Shown: in pieces, positions 50,532-59,286 of the stretch
How positions within the stretch are numbered: position 1 is the first letter of the stretch
Layout: each line of letters begins with the position of its first letter
Source: an uncultured Pseudomonadota bacterium
Lineage (GTDB): Bacteria > Pseudomonadota > Alphaproteobacteria > Rs-D84 > CACZYB01
Reading direction: 5' to 3'
NCBI GenBank assembly: GCA_902785275.1
Contig: CACZYB010000002.1
Location: forward strand, 99,495-163,494
DNA: 64,000 nucleotides
Made by a program: the position numbers and the translations under genes
Notes under the pieces: generated by a model
What the model was told of the DNA's origin: nothing
Databases searched by the model: none
What the model saw: only the letters and a program-made list of their open reading frames with translations

Positions 50532-51434
50532 ATGATAACAATAAAAAATAAAATTATATTATTAAAGGAACTTCTTTATTTAAAAGAAATTATCAAAGCT
50601 GGACAATTTCAAATAGTAGCTCAAAAAAACGGTATAAAAGCATCTAATTTATCAGCATTAATTAATCAATTAGAAAGTTCTGTAAATCAAAAACTTATTA
50701 AAAAATCATCAAATAAAGTTGTCCCAACTCAAGCTGCTTTAGATATCTATGATGATATTAAAGAAATAAATATGATACTACGTCGTATTATAAATAAATT
50801 TGATAAAGATATAGGTGTTTCAGGAACTGTAAGTCTATGGAGTGTTGGTGGATTGACAGGATCAAATGTATTAAAAATGATTGCAGACTTTTATGCAAAA
50901 TATCCATCTATTAAATTAAATATATCAACAAACATTGAAGAAGATTTTACAAATATAGATTTGGTTTTGGTGTATGATCGTTTTGCTCAAATTCCATCTG
51001 GAAAAAAGATATTAAGTCTCACTCAACATATGCATTTCTATTCGACACAAGAGTATTTAGATAAACATGGTGAACCAAAAGATATTTATGATTTATTCGA
51101 AAATTACGATTTGTGTTTAATGAAAAATTTATTAACTTGGAAAGAACTTGAACCTTATATGAAAAAGGTAAAACATTTACACACAGTTTCAGATATTATG
51201 ATTGTGATTTTGAACATTATAAATGCAGGTGGTGGAATATCACTATTACCGGATTGGTGTACAAAAGAATGTCATTCACATTTGGTAAAATTAAAAAAAG
51301 TTAAATTTTCAATACCATTGAATGTTCATTTGATATGTCGTGATGGCTATGAAAATCAAATAAGAATTTTAGAGTTGGCTAAATTACTGCAAGAAGCCTA
51401 TTTTTCAGATATAGATAACGAAAGGAGTGAATAA
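50532..51434 (+). CDS. LysR-family transcriptional regulator (divergent)
   Basis: About 300 aa; N-terminal wHTH (SNLSALINQLE...PT), FYAKYPSI, GGGISLLP. Confidence 0.8.
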   Translation: MITIKNKIILLKELLYLKEIIKAGQFQIVAQKNGIKASNLSALINQLESSVNQKLIKKSSNKVVPTQAALDIYDDIKEINMILRRIINKFDKDIGVSGTVSLWSVGGLTGSNVLKMIADFYAKYPSIKLNISTNIEEDFTNIDLVLVYDRFAQIPSGKKILSLTQHMHFYSTQEYLDKHGEPKDIYDLFENYDLCLMKNLLTWKELEPYMKKVKHLHTVSDIMIVILNIINAGGGISLLPDWCTKECHSHLVKLKKVKFSIPLNVHLICRDGYENQIRILELAKLLQEAYFSDIDNERSE

Positions 51435-51436
51435 AA

Positions 51437-51709
51437 ATGACTGAGAAGATTAAATTTAAACATGTAGGAAAAATTTATAATGTAATGGCATATATGTATG
51501 AAGACATATTTTTTGTTGTCAAAAATTCTTTACCAAACGATATTATACCTAAAATTGGAGATAGAATTGTTTGGAATTTCGAAGGATATGATTTTGTAGT
51601 AAAAAAGATTGTTCCTTTAATATTTAAAGATAAAATTATAGATGATGATGTCTATGCTCTTAAGGTTGACCTAATTCCAGTGGAGTCAGATCATAGTCAA
51701 ATTATATAA
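51437..51709 (+). CDS. Hypothetical protein
   Basis: AGGAG RBS inside the LysR 3' end. Confidence 0.55.
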   Translation: MTEKIKFKHVGKIYNVMAYMYEDIFFVVKNSLPNDIIPKIGDRIVWNFEGYDFVVKKIVPLIFKDKIIDDDVYALKVDLIPVESDHSQII

Positions 51710-51865
51710 TTTATAATAACTAAAATGGATATATTTATATGGTTAATAGATGAGTTTTTTATGGTAATTTCGGTTATCCGAAGTAGATTAAAAACTTGTA
51801 GAATAGCAAAAAAGCTGACTTTTAAAAAATTTAGAGAAACGGCGTTTTTTGCCCCACCAAAAATC

Positions 51866-51892
51866 AAAAGGCTTCCGAAAGGGAGCCTTTTT
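51866..51892. terminator. Rho-independent terminator
   Basis: AAAAGGCTTCC-GAAA-GGGAGCCTTTT. Confidence 0.8.
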
Positions 51893-51953
51893 AGTATTGA
51901 AATAAAAGAAATTATTTGCTAAAATTAAAGTATCTTAAATAAAGGAGGTAATA

Positions 51954-52787
51954 ATGCCAGGAAAAACAATTCAAATATTTTTACCTGATGGAAATCCTAA
52001 AGGAGTAAAGAAAGCTTCAATAACTACAGATAAAGTTGAAATAATACAAATTCCAAGATCCATTCTTGCTGAAAATAATAAATTATTAGATTTTAATGGT
52101 GTTTATATTTTAGTTGATAGTCTTAAAGCTGAAAAGCCTGAAATATATGTAGGTAAGGGAGATGTAAAAAGTAGAACATATTCTCATGATAATAAAAAGG
52201 ATTTTTGGAATACAGTATTTGCTATTAGATTAAAAGATGAAACAGGATTTAATGACGCTCATAATAGTTATCTTGAATATTATTTTGTAAAGAAAGCTCA
52301 AGATTTAAATCAAGCTATTATGAATGAAAACAAACAAACTCCAAAATGTCCTAATCTTACAGAAGAAATTATTTCTGAATTACATTATTATATTCAAACA
52401 ATTGAAACATTATTATCAACATTAGGCTTAAAATGTTTTCAACCTATTGAAAATAATGAAAAAACAGAAAAAGATATATTTATATGTTCAGATAAATACG
52501 GAAATATTGGTGAAGGAGAATATACAGAAGAAGGATTTTTATTATATAAAGGTGCAATTTGTAATCTAGATTTACATAAAGGAACAGATAAATTACCTCA
52601 AAGGGAAGATTTAATATCATCTGGATTGTTAAAAGAACAAGATGGTCATTATGTCTTACAAGAAAATAAACTTTTCTTATCTGTATCAACAGCATCATCA
52701 ATAGTATTAGGTAGAAGATCAAATGGATGGTTAGAATGGAAAAATAGTGATGGTAAAACACTTGATGAAATAGAAAGAAAACATTAA
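51954..52787 (+). CDS. GIY-YIG nuclease family protein with DUF4357-like C-terminus
   Basis: GKTIQIFLPDG, GVYIL..YVG, HDNKKDFW, YLE and S.STASSIVLGRRSNGWLEWK motifs; GGAGG RBS. Confidence 0.85.
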   Translation: MPGKTIQIFLPDGNPKGVKKASITTDKVEIIQIPRSILAENNKLLDFNGVYILVDSLKAEKPEIYVGKGDVKSRTYSHDNKKDFWNTVFAIRLKDETGFNDAHNSYLEYYFVKKAQDLNQAIMNENKQTPKCPNLTEEIISELHYYIQTIETLLSTLGLKCFQPIENNEKTEKDIFICSDKYGNIGEGEYTEEGFLLYKGAICNLDLHKGTDKLPQREDLISSGLLKEQDGHYVLQENKLFLSVSTASSIVLGRRSNGWLEWKNSDGKTLDEIERKH

Positions 52788-53317
52788 TGCTAAAAGTTAT
52801 TGAACCAAATAGAGATTTATGGGAAAGTGCGGTTGGGTTTGCTAAAGAAGTAAAAGCCTCCCCGACTGAGTTTGATATCTATGCAAGCGAACATTTGATA
52901 AATAATATTGAAAATCCAGATGGATATTTTGATTTGGTTGAAAAGTGTAAACACGGCTTTGGTGAATATGTCCCAAACCAAACTTTGTGGATTGTGGATG
53001 ATGACAAGGTTGTTGGCATGTTTGACTTACGACTTCAACTTAACGAAAAACTTATGAATCGTGGTGGTAATTTGGCATACCAGGTTGCTCCTTCATTTCG
53101 TGGAAAAAGAACAGTGTTTCACGCCTATCCACTACTTTGCGAATACATAAAGTTACATTATGGTTTTGATAAAATTTTGATAACTTGTGATGAAAGGAAC
53201 ATTCCATCACACAAAGTTATCATTTCACTTTTTGACGAGTTTGGTGGTGAAGAACTTCCACCATCCAAAATATCCGATACTGAAACCCAAATCCGATATT
53301 GGATAAATGTGAAGTAG
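52787..53317 (+). CDS. GNAT family acetyltransferase
   Basis: VGMFDLRLQLN..L...GGNLAYQVAPSFRG, LITCDERNIPS, RYWI. Confidence 0.85.
   Translation: MLKVIEPNRDLWESAVGFAKEVKASPTEFDIYASEHLINNIENPDGYFDLVEKCKHGFGEYVPNQTLWIVDDDKVVGMFDLRLQLNEKLMNRGGNLAYQVAPSFRGKRTVFHAYPLLCEYIKLHYGFDKILITCDERNIPSHKVIISLFDEFGGEELPPSKISDTETQIRYWINVK
53277..53317 (+). repeat. 41-bp direct repeat, copy 1 (3' end of the GNAT gene)
   Basis: 37/41 identical to 59137-59177. Confidence 0.9.
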
Positions 53318-53372
53318 TAAAATCAATTTTTTATATTTCTTTAATGCCAACAAGAAAAATCAAATAAAACTC

Positions 53373-53427
53373 TTGCAATTTTAAAATCTTGGTTTATATT
53401 TAACTTAAATATGAAAATGATTTCCAT
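53373..53427 (+). promoter_or_regulatory. Promoter with Fur/Zur-like operator
   Basis: TTGCAA (53373-78), 16 nt, TATATT (53395-400); ATGAAAAT-G-ATTTCCAT 8-1-8 palindrome (7/8) at 53411-53427. Confidence 0.65.
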
Positions 53428-53446
53428 TTTTATAATGAGGTTTAAA

Positions 53447-53845
53447 ATGACTAAATACAATACAAAACAATCGCAAATAATCTTAGATTTCCTTAAGCAA
53501 AATAGTAAGAAGGATTTGACTGCAGAGCAGATTTTACAATATGTAAACAGAAAGAAAAAAATTTGCGGGCTTACTACGGTATACCGCCAACTTAAAAATC
53601 TTGTATCTGAAAACAAAATCAAAAAATACTATATTGCAAACAATTTGTCCTGCTTTTATCAATATATTTCAGATAATGAATGTCATGAACATTTGCATTT
53701 TAAATGTGAGAAATGTGGAAAGACTTTACACCTTGAAAAATTTAATATTCAGGACATAAATTTAACTTTATCAAAGCAATATAATATTCTTGTTGATACG
53801 AGTAAAACTGTTCTTTATGGTCTTTGTAATAATTGTCAAAAATAG
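53447..53845 (+). CDS. Fur-family metalloregulator (Zur-like)
   Basis: TAEQI, TTVYRQL, HEHLHFKCEKC, LYGLCNNC; ATG 53447 after GAGG. Confidence 0.88.
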   Translation: MTKYNTKQSQIILDFLKQNSKKDLTAEQILQYVNRKKKICGLTTVYRQLKNLVSENKIKKYYIANNLSCFYQYISDNECHEHLHFKCEKCGKTLHLEKFNIQDINLTLSKQYNILVDTSKTVLYGLCNNCQK

Positions 53846-53854
53846 GAGATTAAA

Positions 53855-54793
53855 ATGAGAGTTTCTTTTTTCGGTAAAGGGGGAAGTGGTAAAACATCCC
53901 TTTCTTCATCATTTATAAAATTTTTAAATGAAAATAGAAAAACTGTTTTGGCTGTTGATGCTGATATAAATGTAAATCTTGGGTCAAGTTTGGATATGAA
54001 TACAAAGTTTATTGGTGATGATTTTAGCGAGATTTCCGAATTTTTGGAACCTCAAGATATCAATAAACCAATTATTGGAAGTACACCTCCAACATATAAA
54101 AGTCGCTTTATTAAACCGGATTTAAGTGATGACTTTTTCAAAAAATTTGCAACATTTAAAGGTGATAACTTAGCACTTCTTACCGTTGGAACATATACGG
54201 ATAAAAAAGTTGGGTATGCGTGTTATCACTCTAAACTTGGTAGTGCGCTTTTGATTTATAACAGACTTTTGGATGATAATAATTTCTTTGTTGTTTCCGA
54301 TGCAACTGCTGGAATTGACAGTGTTGGAACAAGTATGTTTTTTGTTTCAGATATAAATATTTTTGTTGTAGAGCCAACCAATAAAAGTATTGGTGTTTAC
54401 AAAGATTTTAAAGAAATTACTAAAAATTATCCGATTAAAACTTTTGTAATTGGAAACAAAGTCCGTACGCAAGGAGATATCGATTATATTACCGAGCAGA
54501 TTGGTGCAGAAAATATCATTGGGTTTGTTTCTGATTCCGAACATCTTCGTGATTATGAAAAAGGTGATAAATCTGGTATTGATAGATTTGTTGCAGAAAA
54601 CAATGAAATCAATAAAAAGATTTATAATTTACTTTCAAATACTACAAAAAATTGGGCTGAATATTACAATATTTTAAAGCAAGTTTATTCCGATGATTGT
54701 GGTGATTGGTATAGTCAGTTTTATGGCGAAGATCTTACAAAATATATTGATGAAAATTTTGATTATGAGGATGTAATAAAGAACAATGTTTAA
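53855..54793 (+). CDS. CooC/MinD-like ATPase
   Basis: GKGGSGKT deviant Walker A, VDADIN.NL, GYACYH, DATAG, VVEPT, NKV. Confidence 0.8.
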   Translation: MRVSFFGKGGSGKTSLSSSFIKFLNENRKTVLAVDADINVNLGSSLDMNTKFIGDDFSEISEFLEPQDINKPIIGSTPPTYKSRFIKPDLSDDFFKKFATFKGDNLALLTVGTYTDKKVGYACYHSKLGSALLIYNRLLDDNNFFVVSDATAGIDSVGTSMFFVSDINIFVVEPTNKSIGVYKDFKEITKNYPIKTFVIGNKVRTQGDIDYITEQIGAENIIGFVSDSEHLRDYEKGDKSGIDRFVAENNEINKKIYNLLSNTTKNWAEYYNILKQVYSDDCGDWYSQFYGEDLTKYIDENFDYEDVIKNNV

Positions 54794-56225
54794 ATTTACG
54801 CCAAAGGTTCATAACAGCATTGAAAATGTTATTGAGGACAAAGATTTCTTGTTTGATTTAGGTGATTGTTATGGTTCACCATACAATGTTTTAATACCGG
54901 AAAATATCGATGAAAATATCAAAAGTTTTCAAGATGTATTTAAGCAAAATAATGTTGTTGGTAAAATCTTTTATGCTCATAAATGTAATAAGTCAAAGGC
55001 AATAATTAAGCAGATGCTTAAGAATAATATTTGCATTGATGTTGCATCACTCGGTGAACTTATAGATGTGGTAAGTTGTGGCTTTTGTGGTGATAAGATT
55101 GAAGCAACAGGACCAAAAAATGATGACTTTATAATACTTGGCCTTCAACATAAAATTACATTTAATGTGGATAACTTTTCCGAACTTGATACTATTGTGA
55201 AATACCATAAAAAACTTGGGATAAAGGGTGCGGTAAAAATTCTTATCCGCCTTAACAATTTTCATTCTGATGAAACAAAAATTATAAATAAGGTTAGTCG
55301 TTTTGGTTTTCCAATTTCCGAGTTTGAAAATGTTTTGGATTTTGTTTCTGAACACAGGGATGTATTCAATCTTATTGGTATTTCGTTTCATCTTGATACT
55401 GTAAATATGATTGAAAAAATTATTGCAATTGAAAATTGTATTTCACTTTTTGAAGTTATGTTTGATAGAGGCTTTGAACCATACGTTCTTGATATTGGTG
55501 GAGGGTTTAAACTTAATTATATTGAAGATAAAGCTCAGTGGAATGAAAGTATTTCTGAATTAAAGGAAGATATTGCAACTGGCAAAAACAGTCTTACCTG
55601 GAACGGAAAAACATTTGGCTTGAGTGTAAAAAACAACATACTTCACGGCACATTAAATATTTATAATTATTACGATGAGTTGGTAAAGGAAAAGTTTTTG
55701 GATGCAATACTTCAAACAAAACTTTCCAAATATCAAAACCGAAAAATTGCAGAAATTTTAAGTGAGAATATGATCGAACTTTATATCGAACCAGGACGAA
55801 GCCTTCTTGATAATGTTGGTTTCAATGTGGCAAAGGTGAACTTTACCAAGATGGATGCAAAGGGAAATACTTTGGTTGGACTTGATATGAAACGTTCGGA
55901 CCTTTTGATTGGAGAGCAAGAAATGTTCGTTGATCCAATCCTTGTATCACAAAAGGAAAACCAGAAAAAAGATGATTGTGGCGTTTTCTTTATAGGAAAT
56001 CTTTGTATGGAAAATGATATGATTTTTAATAGAAAAGTTTTTCTTGAAACTGTACCACAAAAGGATGATTTAATCGTATTTATGAATACAGCCGGATATT
56101 TTATGGATTTTGATCAATCAACAACCCTTGGGCAAAAGGTTGCAACAAAGGTTATACTTTCAAAAAAAGGAAATGGAAAATACAAACAATATACTGATGA
56201 AAACTTTAACCCATTTAAGGAATAA
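54786..56225 (+). CDS. Y4yA-family PLP-dependent enzyme (fold III, LysA-like decarboxylase)
   Basis: YAHKCNKS (PLP Lys), DVASLGEL, SRFG, FHLD, DIGGG, EPGRSL, GNLCME, NTAGYFMD. Confidence 0.82.
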   Translation: MFKFTPKVHNSIENVIEDKDFLFDLGDCYGSPYNVLIPENIDENIKSFQDVFKQNNVVGKIFYAHKCNKSKAIIKQMLKNNICIDVASLGELIDVVSCGFCGDKIEATGPKNDDFIILGLQHKITFNVDNFSELDTIVKYHKKLGIKGAVKILIRLNNFHSDETKIINKVSRFGFPISEFENVLDFVSEHRDVFNLIGISFHLDTVNMIEKIIAIENCISLFEVMFDRGFEPYVLDIGGGFKLNYIEDKAQWNESISELKEDIATGKNSLTWNGKTFGLSVKNNILHGTLNIYNYYDELVKEKFLDAILQTKLSKYQNRKIAEILSENMIELYIEPGRSLLDNVGFNVAKVNFTKMDAKGNTLVGLDMKRSDLLIGEQEMFVDPILVSQKENQKKDDCGVFFIGNLCMENDMIFNRKVFLETVPQKDDLIVFMNTAGYFMDFDQSTTLGQKVATKVILSKKGNGKYKQYTDENFNPFKE

Positions 56226-56228
56226 ATT

Positions 56229-57560
56229 ATGTTATACAAAAGTGTTTTGGATTTAATTGGTAATACACCAATAATTGAAATTGATAAAAAAATAACTGGT
56301 TTAAAAAATGTAAATCTTTTTGTAAAATGCGAACTTTTTAATCCATTTGGTTCATTAAAAGACAGGGCAGGATATGCCATGTTAAAGGACAAGATTGACG
56401 AGATTAAAAAAAGTGGTGCTGTGGTTATAGAGTCGTCATCTGGTAATACAGCCAAGGCATTGCAAATTGTTTGTTCAATTAACGGTATACCATTTAAAAC
56501 TGTGACTAACAGAATTAAGGTACCAGAAACAAAAAATATTCTTAAAGTTTGTGGTGCAGAAATTGAGGAACTTCCTGGACTTTCTGAATGTCCTGATCCA
56601 ACAGATCCAAATGATCCTGTTGCGTATATTGAACGACTTGTATCGGAAAATAATGGAAAATACTATCATACAAATCAATATACAAACCTTAATAATCCTA
56701 AAATACATTTTGAAACAACTGGCCCAGAAATTGAAATGGATATAGGTCAAGTTGATTATTTCTTTTCCACACTTGGAACAACTGGATCATCCCGTGGTGT
56801 CATTGAATATTTAAGTGGCAAAAATCCAAATTTAAAAAAAATTGGTATTATTGCTGATAAGGGAGATAATATTCCAGGTATAAGAAACAAGGATGAAATG
56901 TATGAAGTCGGCATTTTTGAAAAGTCTCTCTACGATGAAATACTTACAGTAAATTCTATGCAGGCGATTGAACAAATGCTTATTCTTAACCGCAAGATTG
57001 GTATCTTGGGTGGTCCAACAAGTGGTGCTTGTTTCTTTGGTGTGATGGAATACCTTAAAAAAATTGATGAATCTTTGGATAAGTCTGTTAATGCAGTTTT
57101 CGTTGCATGCGACAGAATGGAATGGTATATGTCTTATATTGAAAAGCGAAGACCAGATATTTTTGCCACTGATACAAAGGTTGAAAATATCAGAAATATT
57201 TCGGATGGAGATATTGAAAATTATGCAAAAACTATTGATGTGGAAAATGTTTCAACTTGGATAGAAGAGAATAAGCCAATCATTATTGATATGCGTGGAA
57301 ACCTTGCCTATAAAAACGGACATATAAAAAACTCAATCAATATTACTGATGTGTTTTTTGATGATATTGTCGAAAATGGGCTTCCTTTTTCATCGGAAAA
57401 CAAAGTCCTTCTTGTTTGCGCAACTGGGGATAAATCAAAAAAATACAGTGCATTGTTGAATAAAAAAGATCTTAATGTTTACTCTCTTAATGGTGGTATG
57501 GTCGAGTATAGAAATCAAAATCAACCTATCGTTCGTAATCTTAAAAGGACACTTGTATAA
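56229..57560 (+). CDS. Cysteine synthase-family (CysK/CBS-like) enzyme fused to a rhodanese domain
   Basis: IGNTP, NPFGSLKDR, ESSSGNT, GTTGS, GPTSGA; C-terminal IDMR...GHI..S.NI, CATGDKS, L.GG. Confidence 0.88.
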   Translation: MLYKSVLDLIGNTPIIEIDKKITGLKNVNLFVKCELFNPFGSLKDRAGYAMLKDKIDEIKKSGAVVIESSSGNTAKALQIVCSINGIPFKTVTNRIKVPETKNILKVCGAEIEELPGLSECPDPTDPNDPVAYIERLVSENNGKYYHTNQYTNLNNPKIHFETTGPEIEMDIGQVDYFFSTLGTTGSSRGVIEYLSGKNPNLKKIGIIADKGDNIPGIRNKDEMYEVGIFEKSLYDEILTVNSMQAIEQMLILNRKIGILGGPTSGACFFGVMEYLKKIDESLDKSVNAVFVACDRMEWYMSYIEKRRPDIFATDTKVENIRNISDGDIENYAKTIDVENVSTWIEENKPIIIDMRGNLAYKNGHIKNSINITDVFFDDIVENGLPFSSENKVLLVCATGDKSKKYSALLNKKDLNVYSLNGGMVEYRNQNQPIVRNLKRTLV

Positions 57561-58780
57561 TGACCAAACAGTGTAAATATTTTGTTGATGATAAAAACTT
57601 GGATATAAACCTTGGTGAAAAAGTAAAGGCTGATTTCCCAATTTTTAAAAACAGTGATGTTGTGTATTTTGATAACAGTGCTACCACACAAAAGCCACAA
57701 TGTGTAATTGATGCTACTCAAAATTACTCTTTAAATTTTTGTGCAAACATTGGACGTGGTTCTTATAGCTGGGCAAATAAAGCCGGAGCCGAGGTGAAAA
57801 AAGCTAGGCAAAAAATTGCTTCGTTTATTGGTGCAAATGTTGATGAGATATTTTTTACAAGCGGTGCAACCGATGCATCGAACTTAATTGCCTATGGTTA
57901 TGGTCTTAAAAATCTAAATACTGATGATGAAATAATGTATTGTCTAGACGATCATAAATCCACCTATCAACCATGGAAAAATCTTGTAAAAAATCTTGAA
58001 CACTTTGGGAAAAAGGTTGCTGTAAAAAATATCCTTATTGATACAGAGGGTGATTATAAGGAGGATGATTTGGTTGATAAAATCACTCCCAAAACAAAGG
58101 TGGTAATTCTCACCCATATCCACAATACCTATGGGTTAGAGATGGATATTGAAAAGATTGTTCCTCTAATAAGGGCAAAAAATCCCGATACAAAAATTGT
58201 GTTGGATTGTTCACAAAGTGTTGGGCATATTCCTGTTGATGTTCACAAACTTGATGTAGATTTTGCTTTCTTTTCCGGACATAAGATGTTTGCCGATACA
58301 GGTATCGGAGTTTGCTATATCAAAAAATCCACTCAACCGGAAATGCAAAAATTTAAGGTAGGTGGTGGTAATAAATTATTTGAAAGTGGAACCCAGAATA
58401 TTTCTGGCATACTTTCACTTGGGGTGGCAGTGGACTATATAAATTCTATTGGTATCGAAAAAGTTGAGGCATATATTCGCTATCTGACAAGGTACCTTTA
58501 CACAAAACTTAAATCTATTCCACAAATAGAGTTTTCAAAGGGTATAGATAAGTGTTCCTGCCCTTTGGGGTTTGGTATAATTTCATTTGGTATAAACGGT
58601 ATTCAAAGCAGTGATGTCGGCGAAGTCCTTAACGATTATAATATTTTTGTTCGTACAGGTGATTTTTGCCGAACCACAAACGGTGAAGACTTCATCCGCA
58701 CAAGCTTTCATATATACAACACCATTTCTGACATAGATAAGTTCGTAAAGGTAATAAAGTATATTGTATCAGAGGGGTAG
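57560..58780 (+). CDS. SufS-like cysteine desulfurase (class V aminotransferase)
   Basis: DFPIF, YFDNSATTQKP, FTSGAT, DCSQ, SGHKMF, FESGT, RTGDFC, SFHIYN. Confidence 0.88.
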   Translation: MTKQCKYFVDDKNLDINLGEKVKADFPIFKNSDVVYFDNSATTQKPQCVIDATQNYSLNFCANIGRGSYSWANKAGAEVKKARQKIASFIGANVDEIFFTSGATDASNLIAYGYGLKNLNTDDEIMYCLDDHKSTYQPWKNLVKNLEHFGKKVAVKNILIDTEGDYKEDDLVDKITPKTKVVILTHIHNTYGLEMDIEKIVPLIRAKNPDTKIVLDCSQSVGHIPVDVHKLDVDFAFFSGHKMFADTGIGVCYIKKSTQPEMQKFKVGGGNKLFESGTQNISGILSLGVAVDYINSIGIEKVEAYIRYLTRYLYTKLKSIPQIEFSKGIDKCSCPLGFGIISFGINGIQSSDVGEVLNDYNIFVRTGDFCRTTNGEDFIRTSFHIYNTISDIDKFVKVIKYIVSEG

Positions 58781-58987
58781 CATTTGATATTTTTTTTGAT
58801 AAAAAGTGTAGATTATCTAGTGTCTTTAGGAAGCCTAGCTTTTACTCTATTTGGGGTTTCGATTAGTAAATTAGTCTTACACGTCCCAGCAAAATCATAA
58901 AGGCTTCCGCAATTCGTATCAAAATAAACTTTTTCCAATTATTCCTTTTTTATGATATAATTTTCTATACGAAGTTGGAGAGTTATA

Positions 58988-59136
58988 ATGTCAAAAAAAT
59001 CTTTTATTAATGTTCAGATGAAGAAGAATATATGCTTGATTTATACATTGGAGCTCAAAAATTAAATATTAAAGAAAAAGATAAATCAATAGAAATTGCT
59101 AAAATTAAACAAATTTCACAAAATGATGGTCTATAA
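58988..59136 (+). pseudogene. Frameshifted or truncated gene remnant abutting the direct repeat
   Basis: GGAG RBS plus ATG 58988; a second frame reads SDEEEYMLDLYIG...NDGL with stop at 59134-59136, directly before repeat copy 2. Confidence 0.35.
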
Positions 59137-59177
59137 ATACCGAAACCCAAATCCAATATTGGATAAATATGGAGTAG
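59137..59177 (+). repeat. 41-bp direct repeat, copy 2
   Basis: ATACCGAAACCCAAATCCAATATTGGATAAATATGGAGTAG. Confidence 0.9.
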
Positions 59178-59286
59178 GGGGTACATTTTAGTATTTATAT
59201 CTTCTATTTTTATCCTTTACAATAAATATTGACAAATAAAATAATATAGTCTACTATATCACAGATATAAATTTTAGAGGTGTTTT

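Noticed and set aside
51725-51922. 65-aa ORF
   Set aside because: Runs through a strong terminator and the att-like site; no RBS or motif
53855-54793. Plasmid ParA or CO dehydrogenase maturation locus
   Set aside because: No parB/parS and no cooS/acs genes; the gene is embedded in the PLP operon
57560-58780. Ordinary SUF/ISC Fe-S assembly operon
   Set aside because: No sufBCD, sufE/U or iscU adjacent, and the catalytic loop is RTGDFC instead of RxGHHC
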